Virus record (IMG/VR): IMGVR_UViG_3300037419_001742
Span: 1-30,896 of that record
DNA length: 30,896 nucleotides
Source: a virus
Lineage: Duplodnaviria > Caudoviricetes
Direction: 5' to 3' (one strand)
The notes under the pieces were generated by a model that had not been told where the DNA came from, ran no database searches, and worked only from the letters and a program-made list of their open reading frames with translations. Positions within the stretch are counted from its first letter, which is position 1; each line of letters begins with the position of its first letter. Positions 16,682-25,515 of this stretch are shown one piece after another. Position numbers and translations under genes: made by a program.

Positions 16682-17595
16682 CAGGACAGCGCGAGCCAGG
16701 TGGCGTTGACGTCCGCCGTGAGCGCGGGAAGCGTCGCCGGCACGGCCGTTGCGGTGTTGAAGCCCAGGCGGCTGTCCTGCGCGCCGAAGAGCATGTTCTC
16801 GAACGCCGCGCTGCCGGCGGGCGCCGACTTCCGAGGCGTGGTCGGGCGCGTGGTGGCGTTGAAGACGTAGCCGACGTGCAGCCACGGCGTGTCGGCCGCG
16901 ACGACGTCCAGCGACTTGCCGGCCTCGGCCTGCATCGGGACGGTCTTGAGGCCGGTGGATCCCAGTCCGGTCGTCGCGTCCGCGGTCCCGAGGTCGACCG
17001 CCGTCTGGGCGATCAACGCGTGCGACGGGTCGAAGACGAGGCCGAGGTTCGACCCTGAGAAGCCCGCGCCAGCGGTGGTCACGAACGTATGCCAGTTGGC
17101 AATCGTGAAGTCCTCGCGGACCGGGACTCGCACGACCGCGACGCCCAGTCCGCCGGCGCCTAGCGACGACGCGTTGAGCGGGTCGAACGTCCACAGCTTG
17201 AAGCCCTGGTCGTCGGGGAGCCACAGACCGTCCGGAATGGCCGGAGCCGCGGCGGCCGCGGCGCCCATGACCTCCGTGCGCAGCAGCGTGCCGTCTGGCG
17301 AGTAGCCGACGAGCGTCTGCGTGTCCCCGTCGGCGATAGCGACGGTGCCGCCGCCGGGGTAGGTGATCGTGACAGCGGCCCCGCTGGCGGTGATCGCCAC
17401 GCGGTACTCCGTCCACTCGTCGGGGGCGAGCGCGGAGAAGGTGAGCGTGCAGTTCTGCGTCGCTGTCGCCTGCACCGCCCAGTTGCGCTCGCCGCCAGCG
17501 TCGATCGTGTATGCGGCGCCGAGATCCGGGATGTCCGGCAGCGGCGTGACCCCGCTTCCCACCGGATTGGAGGACCCGAAGATCGTCCGATTCAT
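16681..17595 (-). CDS. Two-domain fibre/minor virion protein
   Basis: Two beta-rich domains joined by AAAAAAP linker; PDDQGFKLWTFDP motif resembles actinophage fibre domains. Confidence 0.6.
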   Translation of the reverse strand: MNRTIFGSSNPVGSGVTPLPDIPDLGAAYTIDAGGERNWAVQATATQNCTLTFSALAPDEWTEYRVAITASGAAVTITYPGGGTVAIADGDTQTLVGYSPDGTLLRTEVMGAAAAAAPAIPDGLWLPDDQGFKLWTFDPLNASSLGAGGLGVAVVRVPVREDFTIANWHTFVTTAGAGFSGSNLGLVFDPSHALIAQTAVDLGTADATTGLGSTGLKTVPMQAEAGKSLDVVAADTPWLHVGYVFNATTRPTTPRKSAPAGSAAFENMLFGAQDSRLGFNTATAVPATLPALTADVNATWLALS

Positions 17596-17897
17596 CGGGC
17601 ACTCCCAGTCACCGAGTAGGACGGCGTGCCCGCCGAGATCAGCTTCACGACCGCGTTCCCCGCAGTCGGCACGTCCACCTCGAGCGCGCCGATCACCGCC
17701 GGGACGAGATACGTGTTCGCGCCACCAACGGTCGGCGTTGATCCGTCCACGGTGAAGTAGATCGCCGCCGCCCCGTCGATCGACAGCACCTCGACGGTGT
17801 TGCAGTCGCGCTGGAACGTCACCGTGTCCACCGTGCCAGCCGCGAGCGTCTTCGCATGCGCCCCGATCTCGGAGGCCTGGACCGTATAGGTGCTCAT
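17592..17897 (-). CDS. Small beta-sandwich virion protein (capsid decoration candidate)
   Basis: 101 aa all-beta; IYFTVDGSTP motif; GAGGAGG RBS. Confidence 0.6.
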   Translation of the reverse strand: MSTYTVQASEIGAHAKTLAAGTVDTVTFQRDCNTVEVLSIDGAAAIYFTVDGSTPTVGGANTYLVPAVIGALEVDVPTAGNAVVKLISAGTPSYSVTGSAR

Positions 17898-18154
17898 CGA
17901 GGCCTCCTCGCCTTCATGTACTCAGGCAGTTCCACGTCTGCCGGGACCCGATCAGCCCATGCCGGGCGACCCGGCTCGAGCCGTGGCGGGCAGTCCCAGC
18001 TATCCAGCGGTGCCGGGAGGAGCGGGCTGAACGCTGCGGTCACCGCAGCCGCGGCGGCCGGGTCGCCGGCGAGCTGCGCGAACCGTTCGCGCCTCGATGC
18101 GGCTCGGTTCGCGCACTGCTGCCGGAACAGCGCGGCCCGCTCCTCCTCGGTCAT
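17894..18154 (-). CDS. Hypothetical protein (86 aa)
   Basis: Fills gap, ATGA overlap with downstream gene. Confidence 0.55.
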   Translation of the reverse strand: MTEEERAALFRQQCANRAASRRERFAQLAGDPAAAAAVTAAFSPLLPAPLDSWDCPPRLEPGRPAWADRVPADVELPEYMKARRPR

Positions 18155-18158
18155 CGTC

Positions 18159-18557
18159 CTACGAGTAGGTCCGGTCGATCGCGACCTTCACGAGGCCGCC
18201 GGGGTCGGCGATGCCGGTGCCGACGTGCGTCGACTGCCACTCGAGCACGTCGCCGGACGCCACGACGAGGTTCGCCGGGGTGCCCGACAGTGGGATCGCC
18301 TTCTCGTCGCCGGCCGGCGCGTTCGTGCCGTTGGCGAAGTTGAGCGTCGCGATCACGGTGTTGCCGGAGCCGTCCTGCTTGCGGTTGACGAGCGAGACCG
18401 TCCGGTTGTTCGTCGCCGCGCCGGTGATCGTGCCATCGGGCGAGTACGTCACCGCGGTGACGGTGCCGTTGTACTCGCAGACGAGGACCTCGTCGACCTC
18501 GTCGTTGCCGACGGTGGCGACCGCGGTGGAGCGGGCCGTGTAGTTCTTGGTCGGCAT
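18159..18557 (-). CDS. Capsid decoration/cement-like protein
   Basis: 132 aa Thr/Gly/Val-rich beta protein two genes after capsid; GGAGG RBS. Confidence 0.6.
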   Translation of the reverse strand: MPTKNYTARSTAVATVGNDEVDEVLVCEYNGTVTAVTYSPDGTITGAATNNRTVSLVNRKQDGSGNTVIATLNFANGTNAPAGDEKAIPLSGTPANLVVASGDVLEWQSTHVGTGIADPGGLVKVAIDRTYS

Positions 18558-18788
18558 CTACTTCACCTCCTGCGCCGGTGACGCCTTCTGGGCGGCGATC
18601 CGCTGCTCGCTGATCGCGATGTGCTCCTCGAGCGGGCTCGGGGCATCCGGGCCGCTCCGGAGCGTGTACGCCTCGTTGGGGATCGACCCCTCCGGACGCT
18701 CGCCGAGGAAGCCCTTGGAGACCGCCTCGTCGTGGATTCGCTGCACCTCGGCCTGACCGGCGTCGGCGCCCTTCTTCTCGGTCGCCAC
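18558..18788 (-). CDS. Small post-capsid protein (76 aa)
   Basis: AAGGAG RBS with GTG; KGFLG...PNEAYTL motif; immediately after capsid. Confidence 0.7.
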   Translation of the reverse strand: MATEKKGADAGQAEVQRIHDEAVSKGFLGERPEGSIPNEAYTLRSGPDAPSPLEEHIAISEQRIAAQKASPAQEVK

Positions 18789-18824
18789 TGTGGGCTCCTT
18801 TCAGCAGGGGGGACGCGCGCCCGT

Positions 18825-19874
18825 CTACGGGGTGCGCAGGACGCCGGCCGGGAAGCGGTTGCTCTCCACCGGCTGGTCGTAGTTGATGGTGTTGGCGACC
18901 TGCCAGCCGACGCGCATCGTCATCCGCAGCGCGACCATGTCCTGCTGCGGCAGGTTGTAGACGATGTTGTTGTTGTTGTCGGTGATGACGGCCTGGTCGA
19001 GCAGCTTCCAGGACACGTCCTGGCGGACGCCCACGACGAACTGGTTCGGGTCGAACAGGATCGCCTCGGCCGACCCGGTGCCCGTCGGCCACTGGCCGCG
19101 CATCGGGAACGTGTAGGTGACCCCGTCGATCTCGACCGTGTCCGGCGTGATCGTGATGTCGTCGAGCCGGCGCCCCTGCGTGTCGCGGGCCTTGCGCGCG
19201 TTGGAGCGGAACGTGCGGACCGCGACACCGCTCCGCGGGTCGTAGCCGTCGGCCTCCACGAGACCGAGCACGTCCTCGACGTCCTGTGCGAAACCGCCGG
19301 CCGCGGCGTTGTTCGTGCCGCGGTTGACCGTGTTGCCCGCGGAGACCGCGGCGGTCACCACAGCCGTCGGGAACGACGACGGAGCGCCGGTACCGAAGAA
19401 CACGGTCGCGTCGAGCAGCCGACCGCCGGCCTGCTCGCAGAGCGGGCGGACCTGGTCCCAGATCGGGAAGCCGGCGTCATCGAGGACGTTCTCGGGGATC
19501 GGGACGATCGTCGCGAGCTCCTCGATGTTCAGGTACTTGTTCGTCCAGTCGACCTCGGTCGTCTGCTTGAGGCCGGTGTCGCCGTTGACCCAGTAGGCGA
19601 TCGGCAGCGCCGAGAGCACCGGGAAGCGCACCTGCGCGCGGCCGACCGGGATGTGCGTGAACTGGTTCAGCACGGCCGACTGGTTCTGCAGGCCCTGCAG
19701 GAAGGCGTTGGAGACCTCCTCGGGCATGAGCGCCGACGCGTCGCCGCGGGCGATCAGGTTGTCGTACGCGTTGAGCGGCACGCCGGAGGCGCGCAGCTCG
19801 GCGAGCTTGTCGGGCCACGTCGCCTGCAGGGCGGACGCGAGCTCGAGCAGCTCGTCGTGGATGCGGATGGGCAC
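18825..19874 (-). CDS. Major capsid protein (HK97 fold)
   Basis: AYWVNGDTGLKQTT, EELATIVPIPENVLDD, QQDMVALR motifs; start moved to GTG 19874 behind AAGGAGG. Confidence 0.95.
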   Translation of the reverse strand: MPIRIHDELLELASALQATWPDKLAELRASGVPLNAYDNLIARGDASALMPEEVSNAFLQGLQNQSAVLNQFTHIPVGRAQVRFPVLSALPIAYWVNGDTGLKQTTEVDWTNKYLNIEELATIVPIPENVLDDAGFPIWDQVRPLCEQAGGRLLDATVFFGTGAPSSFPTAVVTAAVSAGNTVNRGTNNAAAGGFAQDVEDVLGLVEADGYDPRSGVAVRTFRSNARKARDTQGRRLDDITITPDTVEIDGVTYTFPMRGQWPTGTGSAEAILFDPNQFVVGVRQDVSWKLLDQAVITDNNNNIVYNLPQQDMVALRMTMRVGWQVANTINYDQPVESNRFPAGVLRTP

Positions 19875-19944
19875 GGGTGATCCTCCTTGGAGGGGATTCG
19901 TGTTGAGAGGCGCCCCCGCGCCCATGGCGGGGTGGGCCGTGGTG

Positions 19945-20502
19945 CTACGTGCTGCGCCCGGCGGCGCGCCGGATCCAGCTGTCCATGTCGCTGGCGGGCT
20001 GCTGACCGTTGCCGCGCGCTCCGCCATCGAAGCCGCCGCCACCGGTAGTACCGCCGAAGAGCTCGAGGAGCTTGTCGGCGTCGGCCTCGAGCTCCGCCTC
20101 CGTGCTGCCGGTGAGACGTTCCGCGAGGACCGCCTTGTCGCCGACGAGGCCCTTCTTGAGCGCGACCTTCAGCCGCTGGTTCTCGGCGGTGAGGGTGTTC
20201 GTCTGCCCCTTGAGCGTGTCCCGCTCGCCGGTCAGGCGCTCGAGGTCGCTCTTGGACGCGTTCTCGAGCTCGGCGAGCTTGGCAGCCTTCGCCTTGAGCT
20301 CGTCGTAGTCGCCGTACTTGCTCTGGAACTTGCCCTTCTCGCGGGCGATCAGGTCGTTGACCTGCTCCTGCGTGAAGGTCTGCGGCTGACCGCCACTGCC
20401 GGCGGCGCCACCATCGCCCCCTGATCCGCCGTCGCCACCGCCGCCACCCTCGTCGGGCGCGAACATCAGCGACAGCCAGGGGTGAAGCGCTCGAATGAGC
20501 AT
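19945..20502 (-). CDS. Capsid scaffolding protein
   Basis: TFTQEQVNDLI, YGDYDELKAKA, GSTEAELEADADKL, C-terminal MDSWIR. Confidence 0.92.
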   Translation of the reverse strand: MLIRALHPWLSLMFAPDEGGGGGDGGSGGDGGAAGSGGQPQTFTQEQVNDLIAREKGKFQSKYGDYDELKAKAAKLAELENASKSDLERLTGERDTLKGQTNTLTAENQRLKVALKKGLVGDKAVLAERLTGSTEAELEADADKLLELFGGTTGGGGFDGGARGNGQQPASDMDSWIRRAAGRST

Positions 20503-20562
20503 GTGGTACTTGCCTCCCGGTGGGAGTAGAGGTGCCCGCGGAACCGCCGCGGTACGGGTGCC

Positions 20563-21363
20563 TCAGACCGTGGCCTGAGTGATGAGCGCCGGACCGACCG
20601 CCATCTCCTGGACGGCGATCAGGTCCGGCCATGCGACGCGCCCCTCCCGGACCGCCTGAGCGGCGTCAGGGCCGAGCGACTGGTCCTGCTGCTCGCGGCT
20701 CATCGCCGCGAAGACTTCGGGGCCGGTCGGGCGCTTCACGCGCTCCTCGACGCCCCGGATAACGGGTTCCTGCGTGCAGTGGCAGTGCGGATGCACGTGC
20801 AGTGGCTCGCCCTTCTCGTACGGGCGCGCAGCCGATGCGAGACAGGCGCCGCAGCCGCCGTGCGTGACGCGCCGCCAGCCGACGATCTCGTCGTGCGTGG
20901 CGATGTGCTCGGCGAGCGCCGCCCGTGGTGCCGCGATGGTCGCGCCCGCTGCGAGCCTGGTTGCCCGATGGGACTGCTCCGCGAGCGCGACCTCGGGCGG
21001 CTTGCCGTCCTTCAGTGCGGCGAGGACGCCGATGAGGGTCTTCCCGAGCGGCACCTGGGCGGGCTGACCGTCCTCGGCAAGCCCGACCCCGGTGTCGGTC
21101 ACCGGGAGCGGCTGGATCGGTGTGTCGGTCTCTGAGGCGATGAACGCGGCGAGGTATGCAGCTGCGAGCCGAGTGCCGGTCCGCTGCGCTTGCAGGATCG
21201 CAGCGACCGTGTACGCGAGCCAGGCTGCGTGCGTGCGGTCGAGGTCGTCGAGCGTGACGGTCTGCCAGCGGTGCGCGGCGAGCTGGCCGACCCGGTCGGA
21301 GAGTTGGGCGACACGGTCCCGGTAGGTGTTAGTGAGCAGGAGGGACCGCTCAGTCGCCGGCAT
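20563..21363 (-). CDS. Minor capsid / MuF-like head maturation protein
   Basis: GWRRV..GGCGAC and HPHCHC motifs; between portal and scaffold; start at MPATERS. Confidence 0.82.
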   Translation of the reverse strand: MPATERSLLLTNTYRDRVAQLSDRVGQLAAHRWQTVTLDDLDRTHAAWLAYTVAAILQAQRTGTRLAAAYLAAFIASETDTPIQPLPVTDTGVGLAEDGQPAQVPLGKTLIGVLAALKDGKPPEVALAEQSHRATRLAAGATIAAPRAALAEHIATHDEIVGWRRVTHGGCGACLASAARPYEKGEPLHVHPHCHCTQEPVIRGVEERVKRPTGPEVFAAMSREQQDQSLGPDAAQAVREGRVAWPDLIAVQEMAVGPALITQATV

Positions 21364-21752
21364 CAGGCGAGGAGGATGCTGGGGCGCTGGACGTCGATGA
21401 GCTCGAAGGCGCACACGGGAAGCCGGGCGGTGATGTCCGACTGCGCAGTGACGGGAAGCTCGCGGATCTCCCAGAGCCCGTCGGTCTGGATGGACAGCGG
21501 CAGGTGCGGCTCGAGTGCGCTATCGCGGCCGATGACGCGGAGCGCGAGCGGCGTGTCGTCGAGCCGAATCGGCTCCGTGCACCGGTCGGGCGCCTCGGCC
21601 TGCAGCCGGACGAACGTGATGGCGATGAGCTGCGCGACCGAGGACGCGGGATGACCGGTGAAAACGTCCCGGTCGATCGGCAACACGGTCTCCATGTTGC
21701 CGCGGCGGACGAGCATCACGCGGGCGCCGGCTGGCACGTCGATCGAGGGCAT
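21363..21752 (-). CDS. Hypothetical protein (129 aa)
   Basis: AAGGAG RBS; TGATG coupling to MuF-like gene. Confidence 0.65.
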   Translation of the reverse strand: MPSIDVPAGARVMLVRRGNMETVLPIDRDVFTGHPASSVAQLIAITFVRLQAEAPDRCTEPIRLDDTPLALRVIGRDSALEPHLPLSIQTDGLWEIRELPVTAQSDITARLPVCAFELIDVQRPSILLA

Positions 21753-21767
21753 TGTCTCTCCTTCGTC

Positions 21768-23237
21768 CTAGGGCCCGGCGGGCGTCGGGCCCGCTGGCGG
21801 CGGCGTCTGCGAGACCTGGCCGCCCTTGACCGCCTCCTGCACACGGACGTTCGTCGGCGCCGGCGCCCCGATCGGCCCAAACAGCGACTGCGCGAGCTGC
21901 ATCGTCTGCATCCGGCCGATCTCGGTGGGCCCGTAGCCGAGGAACTCCATGAGGATCTCCCACGGCACGCCAATGTCCTTCTGCTTCTGCGCGGCATCGG
22001 CGAGCTGCGCGAGCGTCACGCGCTCGGGGTCGCGCCAGATCGTCTCGGCGCTCGTGACCGCCGCCTTCGCCGTATCCCCCATCGCCTTGAACGCGAGGCG
22101 CATCGCATCCTCATGACCCTCACCGACGAATCGCAGCTTCTTGCGGACCTTCGACGTGAGGCCGGCCTCCGCGGCGGTGAGGGCATCGCCGGAGGCGTTG
22201 ACGATCTCACCGAGGATGTAGTGCGGCGGGGTGCGTGTCTTCGCGGTCAGGGCACGCACGAGGTGCTGGCGAGCGTTGACGTAGTTCGCGAGGTCGACCG
22301 CGTCGAACTGGTCGATCTTCGGCTGGATACCGGGGAGCTGGTTGCCGGAGCTGTCGCGCGCGGGCTCGAACGCCCACAGCCGCGAGCGGGCGGCCTGAAG
22401 CTGGGCGGACGAGATCGGCTGACCGGTGACCGGGTCCTTCGGAACCTCGATGCCGAGCAAGACGCGCTGCGGGAACGCGAGGTACTCCGACGTGAGCAGC
22501 ATGTCGCACAGCAGCTTGTTCAGCGCGTCCTGGATCGGGAAGGCAACCTTGAGATCAGACGAGCCGCGCGCAAAGCGATCCGGGGCGTTGAGCAACGGCA
22601 CGACGGGCACCTCGCCGAGCGGATTCGAGCCGCCCGGGTCGTCCTGGCGACGGACCCACTGGATGCGCCGACCGTCGCGTGCCTTCTCTTGGGAGCGGTA
22701 CTTCGCGACCTGGCCTGGCAAATAGACGTTCGCGTAGGCGAACTCGTCCTCGTCGACCCACTTCTTCAGCGCCGCGACCCGCTGGCGCGGGTTTCCCGGC
22801 GCCGTCGCGACGATCATCTGCATCGGCGTCTCGAACGTGATCCGCGGCGGATCGCTCGAGTTCCGCGCGGGCGGCTCGATCAGCCAATAGGCCTCGCCGA
22901 GCTTGACCGCCTCAGTGTGCGCGACGTCCGACCAGGAATCCAGTCCGTTGGCCTGCCAGATGTCCCACGCAGCCGCATCGGCGGAGGTCGACTTGCCGAA
23001 GCGGAAGCCCTGGACCTCCATGCGCTCCGTGGAGGACTCGACGATCAGCGGGCACCAGTTGTCGATCGCCGGGCCGAGCAGCGCGCCGAACGCCTCGCGC
23101 CACTGGGCCGTCGCGTAGGCGATGTTGTGGTCACCCTCGAAGTAGGCGTCGCAACGACCCATGACGCGAAACCACCGGTCATCGAGGCGCTTCTCAAGGC
23201 GCTCCAGCCAGGCGGCCGGTGTCAGCGTCGGCGGCAC
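21768..23237 (-). CDS. Portal protein, SPP1 gp6-like
   Basis: YFEGDH, NWCPLIV, IWQANGLD, SEYLAFPQR, NASGDAL motifs. Confidence 0.95.
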   Translation of the reverse strand: MPPTLTPAAWLERLEKRLDDRWFRVMGRCDAYFEGDHNIAYATAQWREAFGALLGPAIDNWCPLIVESSTERMEVQGFRFGKSTSADAAAWDIWQANGLDSWSDVAHTEAVKLGEAYWLIEPPARNSSDPPRITFETPMQMIVATAPGNPRQRVAALKKWVDEDEFAYANVYLPGQVAKYRSQEKARDGRRIQWVRRQDDPGGSNPLGEVPVVPLLNAPDRFARGSSDLKVAFPIQDALNKLLCDMLLTSEYLAFPQRVLLGIEVPKDPVTGQPISSAQLQAARSRLWAFEPARDSSGNQLPGIQPKIDQFDAVDLANYVNARQHLVRALTAKTRTPPHYILGEIVNASGDALTAAEAGLTSKVRKKLRFVGEGHEDAMRLAFKAMGDTAKAAVTSAETIWRDPERVTLAQLADAAQKQKDIGVPWEILMEFLGYGPTEIGRMQTMQLAQSLFGPIGAPAPTNVRVQEAVKGGQVSQTPPPAGPTPAGP

Positions 23238-23258
23238 ACGGCCTCCCGCGTCGAAGGT

Positions 23259-24908
23259 CTAGAGGAAGTGCGCGACCGCGGGCCGGGGCTGGTACGCACG
23301 GGCGCCCATCGCGAGCGCATCACCACGGCACTCCCAGGAGAGCACCTTCGCCATCGCGGCATCGATCTTGCGAGCCGAACCGCGCCGATCCTTGGAGATC
23401 GTGTGCATCTGCCGGCGCTCGTCGTCGAAGACGTTGACCTTCTGCCGGCGCGCGTTGCGCACGTGCTGGGTCGCCTGCGGATGCCCGTCGTGGCGGAAGT
23501 CGCCGGCGTTGATCGCCGTGGTGTAGTTGCGGACCGCCCACGCGATCGGCCGATCACGGTTGGTGTGCCACGCAAGCACGCGGCGGTCGCCCCAGCGGCC
23601 CTGCCAGCGATCGAGGAGCTGCTCGATGTACTGCGGGTCGACGTAGGCCCGCCAGACGGAGAAGCGCCGGAACGCCTCGATCATAACGTTGTCGGCCTCG
23701 TCGAATGGGTGCTCGTAGTCCGGGGCGGCGTTCTCGGGGCGCTCCCACAGCCCCAGGGTCCACTGGTAGCCGGTCTCGACATCGGTCGCCTCGAGTGCGA
23801 GCGCATCACGGAAGCGGGCGCCGTCAACGCCGACAACGATCAGCGACCCATCCTCGACCGAGTGAGGCTCCTCGAGATCCTCGTAGCGCTCGATGTCGAA
23901 CGCAGCGTCCTCGCCTGCGAGCTTGCGATTGAGGAACCACCGCTCGGCCTGCGCCGGATCATGCTCGATCAGCGCCTCGATCTCGCCGTCGATGCGGTCG
24001 ATGTCGACCCACGGCACCCACGCCGCGCCCGGCGGTGCGGTCATCGCGTCCCCGTAGACGCGGCGCAACATCCGGCGGCGCTCCTGGCGGTTGCGGATCG
24101 AACCAGGGCCCGGGTCGACGTCGTCGTGATGCACACCGGGGGCCTTGCTCTCCGCGGTGCGCTGCGCGACCGAGTCCTCGTTGGGATCCCACGCATTCGG
24201 GGTCGAGAGGAATCGGCCGCCCATGCCAGCCAGGCCGCGGCGCTGGTTGTCAGCGAGCTTATGGCCGCCGTTGGTGCGAAACCACGACTCGGTCTGGTCC
24301 TGCACCACGAAGGTGACGCGTTGCCCAAGGCGAGAGAGCGCCGCAGCGGTGACTGGCTCGATCAGCCCCCCCGACGGCAGGTTGATCCGCGTCAGCCCGG
24401 TGTCAGGGATGTCGGCGGCGAGCGCGCCGAGCCGGATCATCGGCAGCAGCGCGCGGAAGACGTTGTCGGTCTGGTCCTCGGAGACCGCCGTGACCTGTAC
24501 GTGGGGCGTCGCCCACGGCCGCCCGACGGGCTGGCCCTGCGCGTCCCAGCCGTCGAAGAGCACAGGGCCCTCGGGGTGCGCCTCCGCGCAGATGAACGCC
24601 GACGCGAACGGGCCCTTGCCCCACTTCTGCGAACGCGTGATCTGCGAGCCGCGGAAGTGCACGAAACGGCCAGTGAACGGATCCAGGCGATAGTGGTGCA
24701 GCGCGCATCGAAGCTGCTCATCGGTCAGCAGGTACGGCTGCCCCATCCGGTCACCGTCGGGGATCGCACACGTCGCCTGGATCAGCGCGGCGACCTGGTA
24801 GCCGAGCGTCGGGAACGCGCGGCAGTCAGCGCAGCGGCCGTGCTCGTCGCGGTCGGCGGACTCCACCCAGTCGGTGCCGCCACAGCTCGGACAGCGGGAG
24901 GCAGCCAT
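23259..24908 (-). CDS. terL: Terminase large subunit
   Basis: Walker A RSQKWGKGP, Walker B region FVVQDQTE, TPNAW, nuclease VGVDG and KIDAAMA. Confidence 0.95.
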   Translation of the reverse strand: MAASRCPSCGGTDWVESADRDEHGRCADCRAFPTLGYQVAALIQATCAIPDGDRMGQPYLLTDEQLRCALHHYRLDPFTGRFVHFRGSQITRSQKWGKGPFASAFICAEAHPEGPVLFDGWDAQGQPVGRPWATPHVQVTAVSEDQTDNVFRALLPMIRLGALAADIPDTGLTRINLPSGGLIEPVTAAALSRLGQRVTFVVQDQTESWFRTNGGHKLADNQRRGLAGMGGRFLSTPNAWDPNEDSVAQRTAESKAPGVHHDDVDPGPGSIRNRQERRRMLRRVYGDAMTAPPGAAWVPWVDIDRIDGEIEALIEHDPAQAERWFLNRKLAGEDAAFDIERYEDLEEPHSVEDGSLIVVGVDGARFRDALALEATDVETGYQWTLGLWERPENAAPDYEHPFDEADNVMIEAFRRFSVWRAYVDPQYIEQLLDRWQGRWGDRRVLAWHTNRDRPIAWAVRNYTTAINAGDFRHDGHPQATQHVRNARRQKVNVFDDERRQMHTISKDRRGSARKIDAAMAKVLSWECRGDALAMGARAYQPRPAVAHFL

Positions 24909-25417
24909 CAGACCGCCCGGAGGCGATGCACGTCTCCCTGCGTCTGCGTAGGCGCTGGCGCCGTGTGGTCATCCGCGATCGACCAGCGTAGATCCGCCAT
25001 CGCCTTCGCGTTCAACCCGAAGCGGTTGTCGAGCTCGCGCATCTCGCGCATCACCGACACACGCCCCCCGGCGAGAGCCTTCAGGCGGCGCATCAGCGCT
25101 TCGAGGCGCTTGGCGACGTCGCGGTCCTCCTCGCTGACGTCCATGAAGTCCTCGAGGACGAACCCCTCGGCCTCGTCGAGCGTGCGGACATCGTCCTCGA
25201 GCTGCGCGCGACGCGCCAGCCCGTACAGCGCGCCATCGTCCCAGGCGGTCGCCTGCGGCAGGCCCCACGCCCACAGCCACCATTTCGCGCCGGCCGCGCC
25301 GAGCTCATAAGGCGGCTCGGGCGGCGCACCCTGGCGACCCTCGCGCGGAAGCTGCGTCGTCGGGATCGTCGGCGCGTTACGTCGGCGCGACTGCGGGTTC
25401 GGAAGCGGTCCAGGCAT
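24908..25417 (-). CDS. terS: Terminase small subunit
   Basis: MPGPLPNP..RRRN, PQATAW, ELDNRFGLNAKAMADLRW; between HNH and TerL. Confidence 0.88.
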   Translation of the reverse strand: MPGPLPNPQSRRRNAPTIPTTQLPREGRQGAPPEPPYELGAAGAKWWLWAWGLPQATAWDDGALYGLARRAQLEDDVRTLDEAEGFVLEDFMDVSEEDRDVAKRLEALMRRLKALAGGRVSVMREMRELDNRFGLNAKAMADLRWSIADDHTAPAPTQTQGDVHRLRAV

Positions 25418-25431
25418 CGTGCGTGTGAACC

Positions 25432-25515
25432 TCAGAACCCGTACACACCGCGAGAAGCCCCCTTTCGCGGTGTCGTCACCCCGTCGCTGGGGGTCTCCCC
25501 CCGGGGGTCACGGGT
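25432..25515. other. Candidate cos/packaging initiation region
   Basis: G/C runs (minus strand GACCCCCGGGGGGAGACCCCC) between the HNH motif and terS, the usual cos position in HNH-terS-terL phages. Confidence 0.4.

Noticed and set aside
15116-17602. 828-aa ORF as a single protein
   Set aside because: N-terminal part is Arg-rich off-frame overlap with the 304-aa gene; real start is ATG 16681. The same applies to extended ORFs 212..1258, 2396..3868, 4711..5568 and 18825..20042
21504-25310. 1268-aa plus-strand ORF
   Set aside because: Antisense shadow of portal and terminase genes; no motifs; expected in high-GC DNA
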